From NCBI RefSeq assembly GCF_032444005.1, contig NC_091282.1, positions 861,738,001 through 861,802,000 on the forward strand: a stretch of DNA of 64,000 nucleotides, read 5' to 3'. The position numbers and the translations under genes are program-made. The notes beneath the pieces were generated by a model, which had not been told where the DNA came from, ran no database searches, and saw only the letters and a program-made list of their open reading frames with translations. Source of the DNA: Ranitomeya imitator. Lineage: Eukaryota. How positions within the stretch are numbered: position 1 is the stretch's first letter; every line of letters starts with the position of its first letter. Of the stretch, positions 23,071-35,086 are shown one piece after another.

Positions 23071-26000
23071 CAGGGCCGCCATCAGGGCATTACAGCCCTT
23101 ACTGTTGTATGGGGCCCGGAGATCAGGAGGAAAGAGGAGGGCCCGGAAATGCTGGCTGCTCGAGCCCCGCCCCCCTTTGCTTCAGCTGAGCAGCTCACCG
23201 AGAACCAGAGGAAAGGGGGCCAGTCACCGTCACCCATCACTTATTAACAGTAAGGCTTCTTTACTTTTCACAACTGTGTGCACGGTGCAGCATCTCCCAT
23301 CTGTCTTCTTCCTCCTGCTCCTCCTCCCGGCTCGTCCTGTCTGGCACCTGCTAGATGCCTTCTTGTCCCTGCACTGCACACACTTCCAGCCTGTGCAGGA
23401 CAAACAGGGTCTGCACACTCGTGGCTGGAGGGAAGCTGTGTGCAGGACCTCAATCTCCCCCTGAACAGGAGGTAAAGAACGGCCTGAATGTGTCCGATTG
23501 TTTAGGAGAGTAAAGACAGGAGGCAGGGGCTGCAGTCAGAGACTAGAAGCAGTGATTTACTGACTGTGACCCCGGAGCTTTGTGCTATCTGGTTGGTGTA
23601 GGATTCTCATCCACACACAGCACCGACCAGAGAGCTCAGAGCTCAGGAACACAGTCACTAAATCACTAGCTGTATTCTCTGACAGGCTGCCTCATGTCAT
23701 TGATACTGAGCCCTGAGCCCATCCCCCAGTGAAGACTTTATTCACATAAACTGTACCTGTTGCATTTAACACACAGGTACAATGCATAGACACATAATAC
23801 ATAAATGTATAGTATATCACCAGGGCATTACTGACATGAGGGAGCATCGCCGCAGGAGCACGACCAGGTAAGAGGAAAGATTTTTTTATTTTTATTGAAA
23901 GCGGCAAGCCTGGGGCAGAATGGGAGACACGGGGGAACAATGGAGACACACGGGGAAAGTACGGAGACACAGGGGGAAGTACGGAGACACAGGGGGAAGT
24001 ACGGAGACACAGGGGGAAGTACGGAGACACGGGGGAAGTACGGAGACACGGGAGAAGTACGGAGACACGGGAGAAGTATGGAGACACGGGAGAAGTATGG
24101 AGACACGGGGGAAGTATGGAGACACGGGGGAAGTATGGAGACACGGGAGAAGTATGGAGACACGGGAGAAGTACGGAGACACGGGAGAAGTACGGAGACA
24201 CGGAAGAAGTACGGAGACACGGGGGAAGTACGGAGACACGGGGGAAGTACGGAGACACAGGGGGAAGTACGGAGACACAGGGGGAAGTACGGAGACACAG
24301 GGGGAAGTATGGAGACACGGGGGAAGTATGGAGACACAGGGGGAAGTATGGAGACACGGGGAAATATGGAGACACGGGGAAATATGGAGACACGGGGGGG
24401 GAACAACGGAGACAGGGGGAAGTATGGCGACACGGGGAAGTATGGAGACACAGGGGGAAGTATGGAGACACGGGGGAAGTATGGAGACACCGGGGAAGTA
24501 TGGAGACACAGGGGGAAGTATGGAGACACAGGGGGAAGTATGGAGACACAGGGGGAAGTATGGAGACACCGGGGAAGTATGGAGACACGGGGAAGTATGG
24601 AGACACAGGGGGAAGTATGGAGACACAGGGGGAAGTATGGAGACACGAGGAAGTACGGAGACACAGGGGGAAGAATGGAGACACGGGGAAATATGGAGAC
24701 ACAGGGGGAAGTATGGAGACACGGGGAAATATGGAGACACGGGGGGGAACAACGGAGACAGGGGGAAGTATGGCGACACGGGGAAGTATGGAGACACAGG
24801 GGGAAGTATGGAGACAGGGGGAAGTACGGAGACACAGGGGGAAGTACGGAGACACAGGGGGAAGTATGGAGACACGGGGAAGTATGGAGACACAGGGGGA
24901 AGTATGGAGACACAGGGGGAAGTATGGAGACACGGGGAAGTATGGAGACACGGGGAAGTATGGAGACACGGGGAAGTATGGAGACACGGGGAAGTATGGA
25001 GACAGGGGGAAGTATGGAAACGCAGGGAAGTATGGAGGCACAGGGGGCAGAATGGAGACACAGAAGTATGGAGACACAGGGAAGTATGGAGACATGGGGG
25101 AAGAATGGAGACAGCGAAGTATGCAGACACAGGGAGGTATGGAGACACGGGAAGTATGGAGACACAGGAGGAAGTATGGAGACACAGGGGGCAGGATGGG
25201 AGACACGGGGGCAGGATGGGAGACACAGGGGGCAGGATGGGAGACACAGGGGGCAGGATGGGAGACACAGGGGGCAGGATGGGAGACATGGGGCAGGTTG
25301 GGAGACATGGGGCAGGATGGAGACAGATGGGGCAGGATGGAAACATGGGGCAGGATGGAAACATGGGGCAGGTTGGAGACAGATGTGGCAGGATCATGGG
25401 GCAGGATGGAGACAGATGGGGCAGGATGGAGACAGATGTGGCAGGATCATGGGGCATGATCATGAGGCAGGATGGGGCAGGTCCAAGGGGCAGGATGGAG
25501 ACAGATGGGGCAGGATGGAGACAGATGGGGCAGGATGGAGACACATGGTGCAGGATCATGGGGCAGGATGGAGACACATGGGGCAGGATCATGGGCAGGA
25601 TGGATATGATAAAGACAGATGGGGCAGGATCACGGGACAGATAGGGCAGGATCATGGGACAGATGGGGCAGGATCACAGGACAGATGGGGCAGGATCACG
25701 GGGCAGGATCACGGGACAGATGGGGTAGGATTGGACATCACATGGGGGCAGAATGGATACTCATGAGGGCAGGATTGGAGAACATATGGCTGGAAACAGG
25801 AATGAGATACATGGGGGTCACAATGGGGGATATTATTACCATAAGGGCTAATTAAGGGATATTATTATTGCAATGATGTATTTATTTTATTTTTTAAGGA
25901 TACTGCTTTAAATGCGGGAGGCGGTACTGTTACTGTGCAGAGCGACACTATATCGCCTTTTTTCTTCATCTGGTGTAGTTTAGAAGTTGAGAAAAAATTA

Positions 26001-27219
26001 AGTAATGTGTTCTACAAGTGGTGCTCTAGCTAACTGTGTTATTTCCTGCAGAGACGAGCCCTGGCTGGAAGTGATGGCGGTCTGTGCTGGATGAAGATGA
26101 AAAGAAAAGATGAAGGACTTCACCTAGTGACGTCACTGGTGAGTGAGTGTTTTACCTGTAGACTGGCACTCTACACTGAATACCTGAATACTATATACAG
26201 CAGTCCTGAGTACAATTTCACCAGTGATCACTGTATTACCTTTACACTGATACTATATATAGAGCTCCTGTGTATAATGTCATTGATCACAGTATAACCT
26301 GTACAATATATACAGTTCTCGTGTGTATAATGTCACTGTTGATCACTGTATTACCTGTACACTAATACTGTATACAGACCTCCTGTGTATAATGTAATCT
26401 GGATCACTGTATTACCCGTACACTATACATTGTATACTGCGCTGCTGTGTATAATGTCACCGGTGAACACTGAATTACCTGTACACTGACCCTATATACA
26501 GAGCTCCTGTGTATAATGTCACCGATAATCACTGTATTACCTCTACACAGACACTGCATACTAAGTACAGATCTACTGTGTATAATAACACGTATGGTGA
26601 GATTAGTATTGTGTTTTTTTTTATTAATGATCAGTATTGTAGTGTTCAGTCACTATGTGGTGGTAATATGTTGTCCGGCCATGGTGCGGCGGTATTTGTT
26701 TCTTGCTTGTGCTATTTGGTCACTATGTGGTGGTAATATGTGATCTGGACATGGCGTGTTGGTATTTTTTCCTTGTATGTAGTATTATAGGTCTCTATGT
26801 GGTGGTAATATGGTGTCTGATCATGGTGAGGTAGTATTTGTCCCTTGTATGTGAGATTATTGGTCATTTTAAGAATTGAAAAATAAATAAAAATATACCT
26901 AGATTGTATTGCTTATTTTAACAAATGATTAATAGGTTGCAGTAGAGTAGGGCCCGACCAAAAGAGTCTACCTTGTCGTGGTGGCGGCTTAAAAAATTGT
27001 TTGGCAAAACAAAAGCTGCCGGCTATATGTGTGATCTGGTGATGGGAACTGTTGTGTGATTGGTGAGAATTGGAGTTTTTCCAAAAGAGTGGTGGAGCTG
27101 TGGCCAGTTTGAGGGGTGGAGGCGGGGCTGGGGTGGAGCCTGGGCGGAGTCTCGGGGGGGGGGGGGGGGGCTGAAAATTTTGCCAGCATGGGGCCTCAAA
27201 ATTCCTAGTGGCAGCCCTG
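23071..27219. mobile_element. Non-autonomous hAT element (4149 bp) with internal minisatellites
   Basis: TIR CAGGGCCGCCATCAGG / CAGGGCTGCCACTAGG; perfect 8-bp TSD GGGTTAGG. Confidence 0.9.
23900..25760. repeat. G-rich 16-19-bp minisatellite inside the hAT
   Basis: GGGGAAGTATGGAGACAC(A/G) units grading into GGGGCAGGATGGAGACAGAT; explains the 445-623 aa low-complexity ORFs. Confidence 0.92.
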
Positions 27220-27939
27220 GGGTTAGGGGTAGGGTTAGGGGTAGGATCCCTTAGGGTTAGGGGTAGGGTTAGGGGTAGGATCCCTTAGGGTTAAGATCCC
27301 TTTATCACCTTTATGTTGGTGGGTGGCATATCAGTGTGTTTTCTGTTTTTTTAATAAAAAATGCATGCGTTTTTAACGCAAAAAATGCATGCACAAAAAA
27401 ACGCATGCGTCCCCATTGACTCCAATGTATTTTTTGACCCAAAAAAAACCGCATGAAAACGCATGCGTTTTTTTTGGTCCAAAAAACGCCTCTCAAAAAT
27501 ACTACAAGTTGCATTTCTGAAAATGAACGCATGCAGAAAAAAAACGCATGCGTTTCAAAACGCGACCAAACGCGTACAAACAAAAACGCATGCGTTTTCA
27601 ATGTTAAATATAGGGAAAAAAAACGCATGCGTTTTTTTGAAAAAAATGCTGCAGACAAAAACGCAAGTGTGAAACCACCCTAACAGTATATCAGAAAAGG
27701 AGCATCATACCAACAGTAAAATATGATGGCGGTAGTGTGATGGTCTGGGGCTGTTTTTCTGCTTCATGAGTTGGAACACTTACTGTAGTGAATGGAACCA
27801 TAAATTCTGCTGTCTACCAAAAAATCCTGAAGGAGAATGTCCGACCATCTATTCATGACCTCACGCTGAAGCGCACTTGGGTTATGCAGCAGGACAGTGA
27901 TCCAAAACACAGCAGCAAGTCCACCTCTGAATGGCTTAA

Positions 27940-29319
27940 AGGGAAAGTCACCTCATTTTTCGCATATAAGCTGTGGCCACCTGTTGTGAATTCCGCTCTT
28001 GGGCTCCCTCCGGTGGTTGTAAGTGGCACTTTTGTGAGTTCTGCTCTTGGGATCCCTCTTGTGGTTTCAAGTGGTATGGCTGCTCCTTGGAGTTAGCTGT
28101 CATCAGCTGCCTCCACTTATTTTCTCTTCTGCTCGGCTACTTAGGTCTGGCTGTTCCTTCAGCTAGTGCCACTTGTAAATGGTTCCTGGTTGGATTCACA
28201 TCTCTTTGGATGTCCCTGTTTTCCTGACCAGTTCAGCAAAGCTAAGTTCTTACTTGCTCTGTTCTGTTCACAAATTGTGGACTTATCCGTTCAGTGCTTT
28301 CTATGTTTGTCCAGCTTATCAGTATGAATTAATTCTGTCTTGCTGGAAGCTCTGGGAAGCAGATTTACCCTTCACACCTTTAGTCAGGTGTGGAGATTTT
28401 TAGTAAACTCTGCGTGGATTTTTGTAGTGTTTTATACTGACCGCACAGTATTCCATCCTGTCCTATCTATCAAGCTAGACTGGCCTCCTGTGCTCATCCT
28501 GGTTTCATTCTGTGTATGTCTTTTCCCTCTCCACTCACAGTCATTATTTGTGGGGGGCTAATCTATCCTTTGGGGATTTTCTCTGAGGCAAGATAGTTTT
28601 CCTGCTTCTGTCTTTAGGGGTAGTTAGCTCTTAGGCTATGCCTAGGGAGAGTTAGGAGCATTCCACGGCTGCTTCTAGTGTTGTGTTGAGCTTAAGGACT
28701 GCGGTCAGTACAGTTACCACTTCCTTCAGAGCTCGTTCCATGTTGCTCCTAGACCACAGCATCATAACAGCCACCGCCTTTAGGGGCTTATCTACAGCAT
28801 TCTGTAATGCTGTAGATAAGCCCCAATGTAACCTGAAAGATAAGAAAAACAAGTTAGATTATACTCACCCAGGGGCGGTCCGGGTCCGATGGGCATTGCA
28901 GGTCCGGCGCCTCCCATCTTCATATGATGTCGTCATCCTCCTTGCTTCATGTTGCGGCTCTTGCGCAGGCGTGTACTGATGTGCTCTGTTGGGGGCAGAG
29001 TAAAGTACTGCAGTGCACAAGTGCTGGGCCTCTCTGAGTTTTTTCAGCGCCTGTGCACTGCAGTACTTCGATCTGTCCTCAACAGGGCAGAGAATTACGC
29101 CTGCGCATGAGCCGCAACCCAAGCAAGGAAGAGGACGTCATCGCATGAAGATGGGAGGCTCTGGACCCGGACCGCCCCTGGGTGAGTATAATTTAACTTG
29201 TTTTTCTCATCTTTCAGGATACATAGGGGGCTTATCTACAGCATTACAGAATGCTGTCGATAAGCCCCTAATGGCGGAAGCTGCAGATTATATGCGAAAA
29301 ATGAGGCGACAGATTCCCT
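27940..29319. mobile_element. Kolobok/T2-type foldback MITE (about 586 bp without the nested LTR)
   Basis: TTAA TSD; TIR AGGGAA..GTC.CCTCATTTTTCGCATATAA. The two halves are inverted copies, each containing the GGGGCTTATCTACAGCAT..GTAATGCTGT.GATAAGCCCC hairpin. Inserted in the Tc1 frame at EWLK|KNQIK. Confidence 0.85.
27982..28769 (+). mobile_element. Solo Gypsy LTR related to the LTRs at 41993 and 46935
   Basis: TGTTGTGAATTC...CATAACA termini, 6-bp TSD GCCACC, patchy similarity to the 749-bp LTR. Confidence 0.88.
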
Positions 29320-29374
29320 TTAAGAAAAACCAAATTAAGATTTTGGAGTGGCCTAGTCAAAGTCCTGACTTTAA

Positions 29375-29586
29375 CCTTCGTCCGGCTGAGTAGGTACAAT
29401 TGTAACTATTCCGTTTTAAAATTGCAATAATTTTTTTTTCGAAAAGCCGTAGAGGGCTGAAATTTCGTGACATCTCTGCAGTTTTGGTCCAGAATATATT
29501 GGCCAAATTTCAATAAAATATATATGAAGGTACAATTGTACCTCTGCAGCCTGTAAATGTTGTAAAGTTATGCGGCCTGACGAAGG
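29375..29586. mobile_element. 212-bp TTAA-specific MITE (piggyBac-like)
   Basis: TTAA|CCTTCGTCCGGC ... GGCCTGACGAAGG|TTAA; interrupts the Tc1 SPD(F/L)NP motif. Confidence 0.75.
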
Positions 29587-29905
29587 TTAAATCCAACAGA
29601 TGCTGTGGCATGACCTTAAAAAGATGTTCCATGCTCGGAAACCATCCAATGTGGCTGTATTACAACAATTCTGCAAGGATGAGTGGGCCAAAATTCCTCC
29701 AGAGCATTGTAAAAGACTCATTGCCAGTTATTGCAAAAGCTTGATTGCAGTTGTTGCTGCTTACGGTGGTCCAGCCAGCTATCTAATAGCTGAATGATAG
29801 GGAAATCAGTTTTTCACACAGGGCCCTGTAGTTTGGATTTATTTATCCCTTAATGATAAAGGCCTTCATTTAAAAGCTGCATCTTGTGTTTACTTGTGTT
29901 ATCTT

Positions 29906-31059
29906 CAGGGCTGGTGTTAGGGGCAGGCAGACTAGACAGCTGCCTAGGACTCCCAGTGGACCCCAGCCAGTGGCGTGCTGCAAATAGCGGTATTCCACAC
30001 GGAAGCTATGGAGCCCGTGAGTCAGGGGAGCCAGCGCTAGCGCCGCTTCCCCTGTGCGCTGCATTCGACTGTATCAGTATCATAGATGCCGATACAGTTG
30101 AAAGCAACAATGGAGGATGGACAACACATCTTCATCTGACACAGCGGGTGCCCGATAACATCATTTCTTCGTGCACCATGCTGTGTGCCGGGCAGTCCAG
30201 CTGCTAAGATGCTCTGCAGAGTCTGGAGCAGACGGGGAATGAGACTGCATTATATTCTATGACAGGAGTGTGAGGGCTGCATTATACTATATGGGGGCTA
30301 CATTATATGAGGGTGATTGCATTATAGTCTATGACGGGAGTAGAGAGGGCTGCATTACGCTATATGGGGGCAGAATTATATTCTATAGCGGGAGTTGGGG
30401 GGCTGCATTATACTATATGAGGGGGTTGCATTATACTCCATGGGATGTTACATTATACTCCATCGAGGACTATGGGGTGCATTATACTATATGGCGGCTG
30501 CATTCTACTGTATCGAGGACTATGGTGAGTGCATTATTCAATATTGAGAACCATGGGGCGTGCATTATACTTTACGGAGGACTATGGGGTGTGCGTTGTT
30601 CAATATGGAGGACTATGAGAACTGCATTATACTATATGGAGGACTATGAGGTGTGCATTACACTATATGGAGGACTATGGGGTGTATTATACTGAACAAG
30701 CAAAATGCTGCCTATTTATCAAGTGATTGGATTGGTTATGCCGGAACAAAAATCATTGTTCTTAGCAGCACATCGCTTGGTGAAAACTGAAGATATGCTG
30801 CTGATAATAGGATTCGGTATGGGGACAAATTGATCTACTAGTGATTATTCTGTCCCCACCATTGTTCCTCAGTTGGTGTAAAGAAGCCCTGAAACAAGCA
30901 TCGTACGGCTTCAATATTGTCTATCACACTCGTTTAGCAGCCTGAACTCAGCGCATCTAAATACAGCCGAAATGTTTGTGTGATGGTGCAATATGTGAGC
31001 ATTTGCTGCTCCATTTTAAACTTTTGCCAAGGGACCCACTTTGCCTAAAATTGGCCCTG
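29906..31059. mobile_element. Non-autonomous hAT element (1154 bp)
   Basis: TIR CAGGGCTGGTGTTAGG / CAGGGCCAATTTTAGG, perfect 8-bp TSD GTTATCTT, internal degenerate CATTATACTATATGGAGGACTATG minisatellite (30270-30695). Confidence 0.88.
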
Positions 31060-31469
31060 GTTATCTTTGTTTAACCCCTTACCGACATCGGGTGTACATT
31101 TACGCCGATGTCGGTCTCCCTCGTTTTGATGTGGGCTCCGGAGGTGAGCCCACCTCTTTCTGGGGACATGTCAGCTGTTTTGAACAGCTAACATGTGCCC
31201 GCAATAGCCGCGGGTGGAATCACGATCCACCCACGGCTACTAACCAGTTAAATGTCACTGTCAAACTCTGACAGTGGCATTTAAATTGCACTTCTGGCCA
31301 TTGGGCCAGAAATACACAAACCGGTGACCCCGGTCACAAGATCGCAGATTACCGGTGTGTTGACATGACAACCTGAGGTCTCCTGGAGAACTCTATGGTT
31401 GTCAGTGCCGGCTTGCTGTGAGCGCCATCCAGTGGTCGGCGCTCATAGCAAGTCAGTAAATCTGCTTTA

Positions 31470-31597
31470 GGCCGGGATCACACATGGGAGAAATATGCAA
31501 TACATGCAGCCGCACGCTCCGCTCCTGAGTGACGGCGGCAATGCCGGGTATTAACATGCGAGACTCGGCCGTATTTCTCTTATGTGTGATCCCGGCC
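31470..31597. mobile_element. 128-bp Harbinger MITE
   Basis: TTA|GGCCGGGATCACACAT ... ATGTGTGATCCCGGCC|TTA. Confidence 0.88.
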
Positions 31598-32185
31598 TTA
31601 TTGAGGCAATCTGAAAATTGCCTCTATGTAGCAGAGCCGATCGGGCTATGGCAGCTTCTAGTCTCCTATGGAGACTATTGAAGCATGCCAAAAGTAAAAA
31701 AAAAAAAAAAAGTTTTTAAAAATATAAAAGTTCAAATCACCCCCCTTAGCCCCATTCAAAATAAAACAAAAATAAAATCAAACATACATATATTTGTTAT
31801 TGCATTCAGAATTGCCAGATCAATAAAAAAAGGATTAACCTGATCGCTAAACGGCGTAGCGAGAAAAAAAAATCAAAACGCTAAAATTACATTTTTTTGG
31901 TCGCCGTGACAATACATTAAAATGCAATAACGGCCAATCAAAAGATTGTATCTGCATCAAAATAGTATCATTAAAAACGTCAGCTCGGCATGCAAAAAAT
32001 AAGCCCTCACCCAACCCGAGATCACGAAAAATGGAGACGCTACGGGTATCGGAAAATCGCGCTTTTTTTTTGTCTTTTTAAACAAAGTTTGGATTTTTTT
32101 TTTCACCACTTAGATAAAAAAAAAAAATAGACATGTTTGGTGTCTATGTACTCGAAATGACCTGGAGAATCATAGAGGCAGGTTA

Positions 32186-32913
32186 AGGTACCGTCACACT
32201 TAGCGACGCTGCAGCGATACCGACAACGATCCGGATCGCTGCAGCGTCGCTGTTTGGTCGCTGGAGAGCTGTCACACAGACAGCTCTCCAGCGACCAACG
32301 ATCCCGAGGTCCCCGGTAACCAGGGTAAACATCGGGTAACTAAGCGCAGGGCCGCGCTTAGTAACCCGATGTTTACCCTGGTTACCAGCTTAAAAAAACA
32401 AACAGTACATACTTACATTCAGCTGTCTGTCCCTTGCCGTCTGGTTCCTGCACTGACTGCTGGCCGTAAAGTGAAAGTGAAAGCAGAGCACAGCAGTGAG
32501 TCACACAGCGGTGACTCACCGCTGTGGCTGTGCTCTGCTTTCACTTTACGGCCAGCAGTCAGTGCAGGAACCAGACGGCAAGGGACAGACAGCTGAATGT
32601 AAGTATGTACTGTTTGTTTTTTTACGCTGGTAACCAGGGTAAACATCGGGTTACTAAGCGCGGCCCTGCGCTTAGTTACCCGATGTTTACCCTGGTTACC
32701 AGTGAAGACATCGCTGAATCGGTGTCACACACGCCGATTCAGCGATGTCTACGGGGAGTCCAGCGACGAAATAAAGTTCTGGACTTTCTTCCCCGACCAG
32801 CGATCTCCCAGCAGGGGCCTGATCGCTGCTGCCTGTCACACTGGACGATATCGCTAGCGAGGACGCTGCAACGTCACGGATCGCTAGCGATATCGTCTAG
32901 TGTGACAGTACCT
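32186..32913. mobile_element. Harbinger MITE (728 bp)
   Basis: TTA|AGGTACCGTCACACTTAGCGACGCTGCAGCGAT ... GTGTGACAGTACCT|TTA. Confidence 0.93.
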
Positions 32914-33751
32914 TTAGTCTTAGCATTTAGTGAACCTAGCAAAAAAGCCAAACAAAAAACAAGTGTGGGATTGCACTTTTCTTGCAATTTCACCACACAT
33001 AGACTTTTTTTTCCCGTTTTGTAGTACATGACATGGTAAAACCCAAAAAACAATGGTGTCGTTCAAAAGTACAACTCGTCCCGCAAAAAACAAGCCCTCA
33101 CATGGCGATATTGATGGAAAAAAAAAAAACAACTTATGGCTCTGGGAAGAAGGGAAGCGAAAAACGAACATGCAAAACTGAAAAAGCTCTGGGGATTAAG
33201 CGGTTGATATTTAAATTTGTTTGATCTGAAACATATAAGTATGACAAACATGCAAAAGAATATGAAATCAGGAAAGGGCAAACATTTTCACACAACCGTA
33301 CATCTCACACACTGAGAAACTTGTTCTAAACTATGGTGGGGCGTGTGCTTTTCTGCTTATGATTGGTCAGCATGATACAGGGAAAAGTACACATCCTCAG
33401 TGAAAACTGTCTGAGCACACCCACTCGGACTTCAAAATGAAAGCAGTCTAAAGAGGAGCCAAACTTATTAGGCAGTATGAGCCATTTTGTCAAATCTGGT
33501 GCTTTTTAAAGGGGTAGTCCAGGCTTGGAAAAAAAGTCCGCAGTTACTCTATATGTGAGTGTGCACGCTGTCGTGATCCTCCGGTGTGAGAGGGCAGACA
33601 CGTGACAGCATGCGTGCGATTTGCATACTTTCATCCATGTACTGACTACACTCGTCAAAATTCTGTCATTTCTCCTCTATTGAGAGAAGCCAACTGGATA
33701 GAGAACACGGGACATATATGCATATTGCACATCTGTGGTCACTGGGATTAC

Positions 33752-33835
33752 CAGGGAATTGTGCCGCACGCTGTGACATAGAATCATTGTAGACATTTGT
33801 GCCAAGCCCAGACAAACCCTTTGTATAGGCCAAAT
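33752..33835 (-). CDS. Candidate exon 2 of host gene
   Basis: Acceptor TTTTTACTGTTTAG, donor CTG|GTAATC, 84 nt, phase 1-1: DLAYTKGLSGLGTNVYNDSMSQRAAQFP (contains sequon NDS). Confidence 0.45.
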
Positions 33836-34896
33836 CTAAACAGTAAAAAGCAACTCCGCCGCCCTGCAAAAAAGAGGGTCGGATTGACTTTGACCCATGT
33901 CTAGATGGGAGAAAATGTTTGGATAGTAAATAGACATGAATCAGCAAGGCTTAAAAAACAGCAGCACTGTGGGCACAGATCCTTCATCACAGTGCCCGCT
34001 GTACGGGGGACAAAACTGCAGCACACACAGCATCTGACGGGTCTTGCCACAATATTTATTTTTTGTTGGATTAGTATCTACTACAGATCTTAGGATCACA
34101 CTGTTGTCCCATCTGAAGAAAGTGGAAAGTCAACATTGTCCAGCATTCAGTGTGAGCTAGCCAGACACTGGACTCTGCCATCTCAGGCTGCCCCTTAATG
34201 GACTCAGTGGGGGTTCCAGTAGTGGACCCCTAAAAGATCAGCAAGTTGTTGCCTATACTCTGGATATTATTTTGGTACCAACCCTTTAAGAATGATTTAA
34301 CAAACGTCGGATGCATAGATTTCCATGTTTGGAGCGTTTGGCTGGATTGACAACCGTAACTTTGGTTCATTTTTGCACAAGCACTGAGGCTGGAGACCCC
34401 AACCCTGTAGATTTAAAGTTCAGGGGTCACGCCAGGATTGGCATCTCATTTGAAACTATATCTCCCACTTGCCATCTCTTCCTGAATGTCCTGGAGATGG
34501 CCTGTGATTGGCTGCAGCGGTCAGGTGAATTCTCAGCTGTTTTCTGATGACGCTCAATGACAGGTCACAACAGTCCGACAGCTAAGAGAACAATGACATC
34601 ACTGCTTTCTCGGATGCAGGCGATAAGGTAGAGTGTATTATTTCACATATACCTTCCTCAGGGGTAAGGTTTGTTTGCCTGGACAACCCCTTTAATCGCC
34701 GCTCATCTCCTGATTGCCGGCAGTGAGAAAGGACTTATCGTGCCCAGATCCACAGGCTTGTGACGTCACTTCATCAAAGAGGCTAGTGCGCACAAAGGGT
34801 TAAACTTCCTGCCAGCCATACAGCACATAACGCATGGAGAAGACGCAGGGCACAGATGGCAACATGCGAGAACAGTGACTGAGGGGCACCGAGTAC

Positions 34897-34981
34897 CTAG
34901 CGGGTGACTCCTCAGACACAGCAGGATGAAGAACGACACCAGCAGCAGGCACAACACTGGAGCGCGGCTCCCGGCCGCCAT
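34897..34981 (-). CDS. Candidate first coding exon of host gene (signal peptide or anchor)
   Basis: Start context GACATGGCG; MAAGSRAPVLCLLLVSFFILLCLRSHPL; donor CTAG|GTACTC (phase 1); GC-rich surroundings. Confidence 0.6.
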
Positions 34982-34989
34982 GTCTCGGA

Positions 34990-35050
34990 AGCAGGAACCA
35001 CCTGTGTGTCCGAGGTCACACGTGACCGGAAACCGCTCTAGTTCTGCGGT
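34990..35050 (-). promoter_or_regulatory. GC-rich promoter-like region of host gene
   Basis: E-box CACGTG (35019-35024) next to an ETS-like CCGGAAA (35026-35032), just upstream of the ATG at 34981. Confidence 0.45.
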
Positions 35051-35086
35051 AGTTGGTGCTGTGAGCGCTGCTTGTGTACTGGACCC

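Larger units (their letters stand above)
22783..27680. mobile_element. Harbinger-type MITE with internal telomere-like repeats, carrying a nested hAT
   Basis: TIR GGCTAGTTTCACATTTGCGTTTT / AAAACGCAAGTGTGAAACCACCC, flanks TAG and TAA, ACGCATGCGT repeats, (TTAGGG)-like tract at 23048-23070 and 27220-27302. Same family as 35802-37131. Confidence 0.8.
31075..33203. mobile_element. Non-autonomous piggyBac-like element inserted in the Tc1 right TIR
   Basis: TTAA|CCCCTTA ... TAAGCGG|TTGA; the Tc1 TIR resumes immediately afterwards. Confidence 0.7.
20400..33298 (+). mobile_element. Old Tc1 element fragmented by six primary insertions (reconstructs to 1617 bp)
   Basis: Left end CAGTTGTGTGAAAA and right end TTTTCACACAACCG|TA. 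Transposase fragments: MPRAKEI (~20801), DFWENTLW (~22695), MQQDSDPKH (~27884), [11 protein letters not shown] (~29343), MLWHDLK (29600). Confidence 0.88.

Noticed and set aside
23692-25766. Six overlapping ORFs of 445-623 aa on both strands
   Set aside because: They are translations of a stop-poor minisatellite inside a non-autonomous hAT, with no domain content.
26052-26140. Exon-like segment with good splice sites (also donor-like sites near 23867, 41530 and 41701)
   Set aside because: They lie within TSD-bounded or repeat-derived elements, and no coherent ORF links them.
29577-29590. CTGACGAAG resembling a hammerhead core
   Set aside because: No downstream GAAA or stems; it is the TIR of the 212-bp MITE.
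33506-34695. One Kolobok-type element spanning AGGGGTAGTCCAGGC...GCCTGGACAACCCCT
   Set aside because: The ends match the family TIR but the interior is not continuous family sequence and includes a candidate exon; more likely two separate relics.
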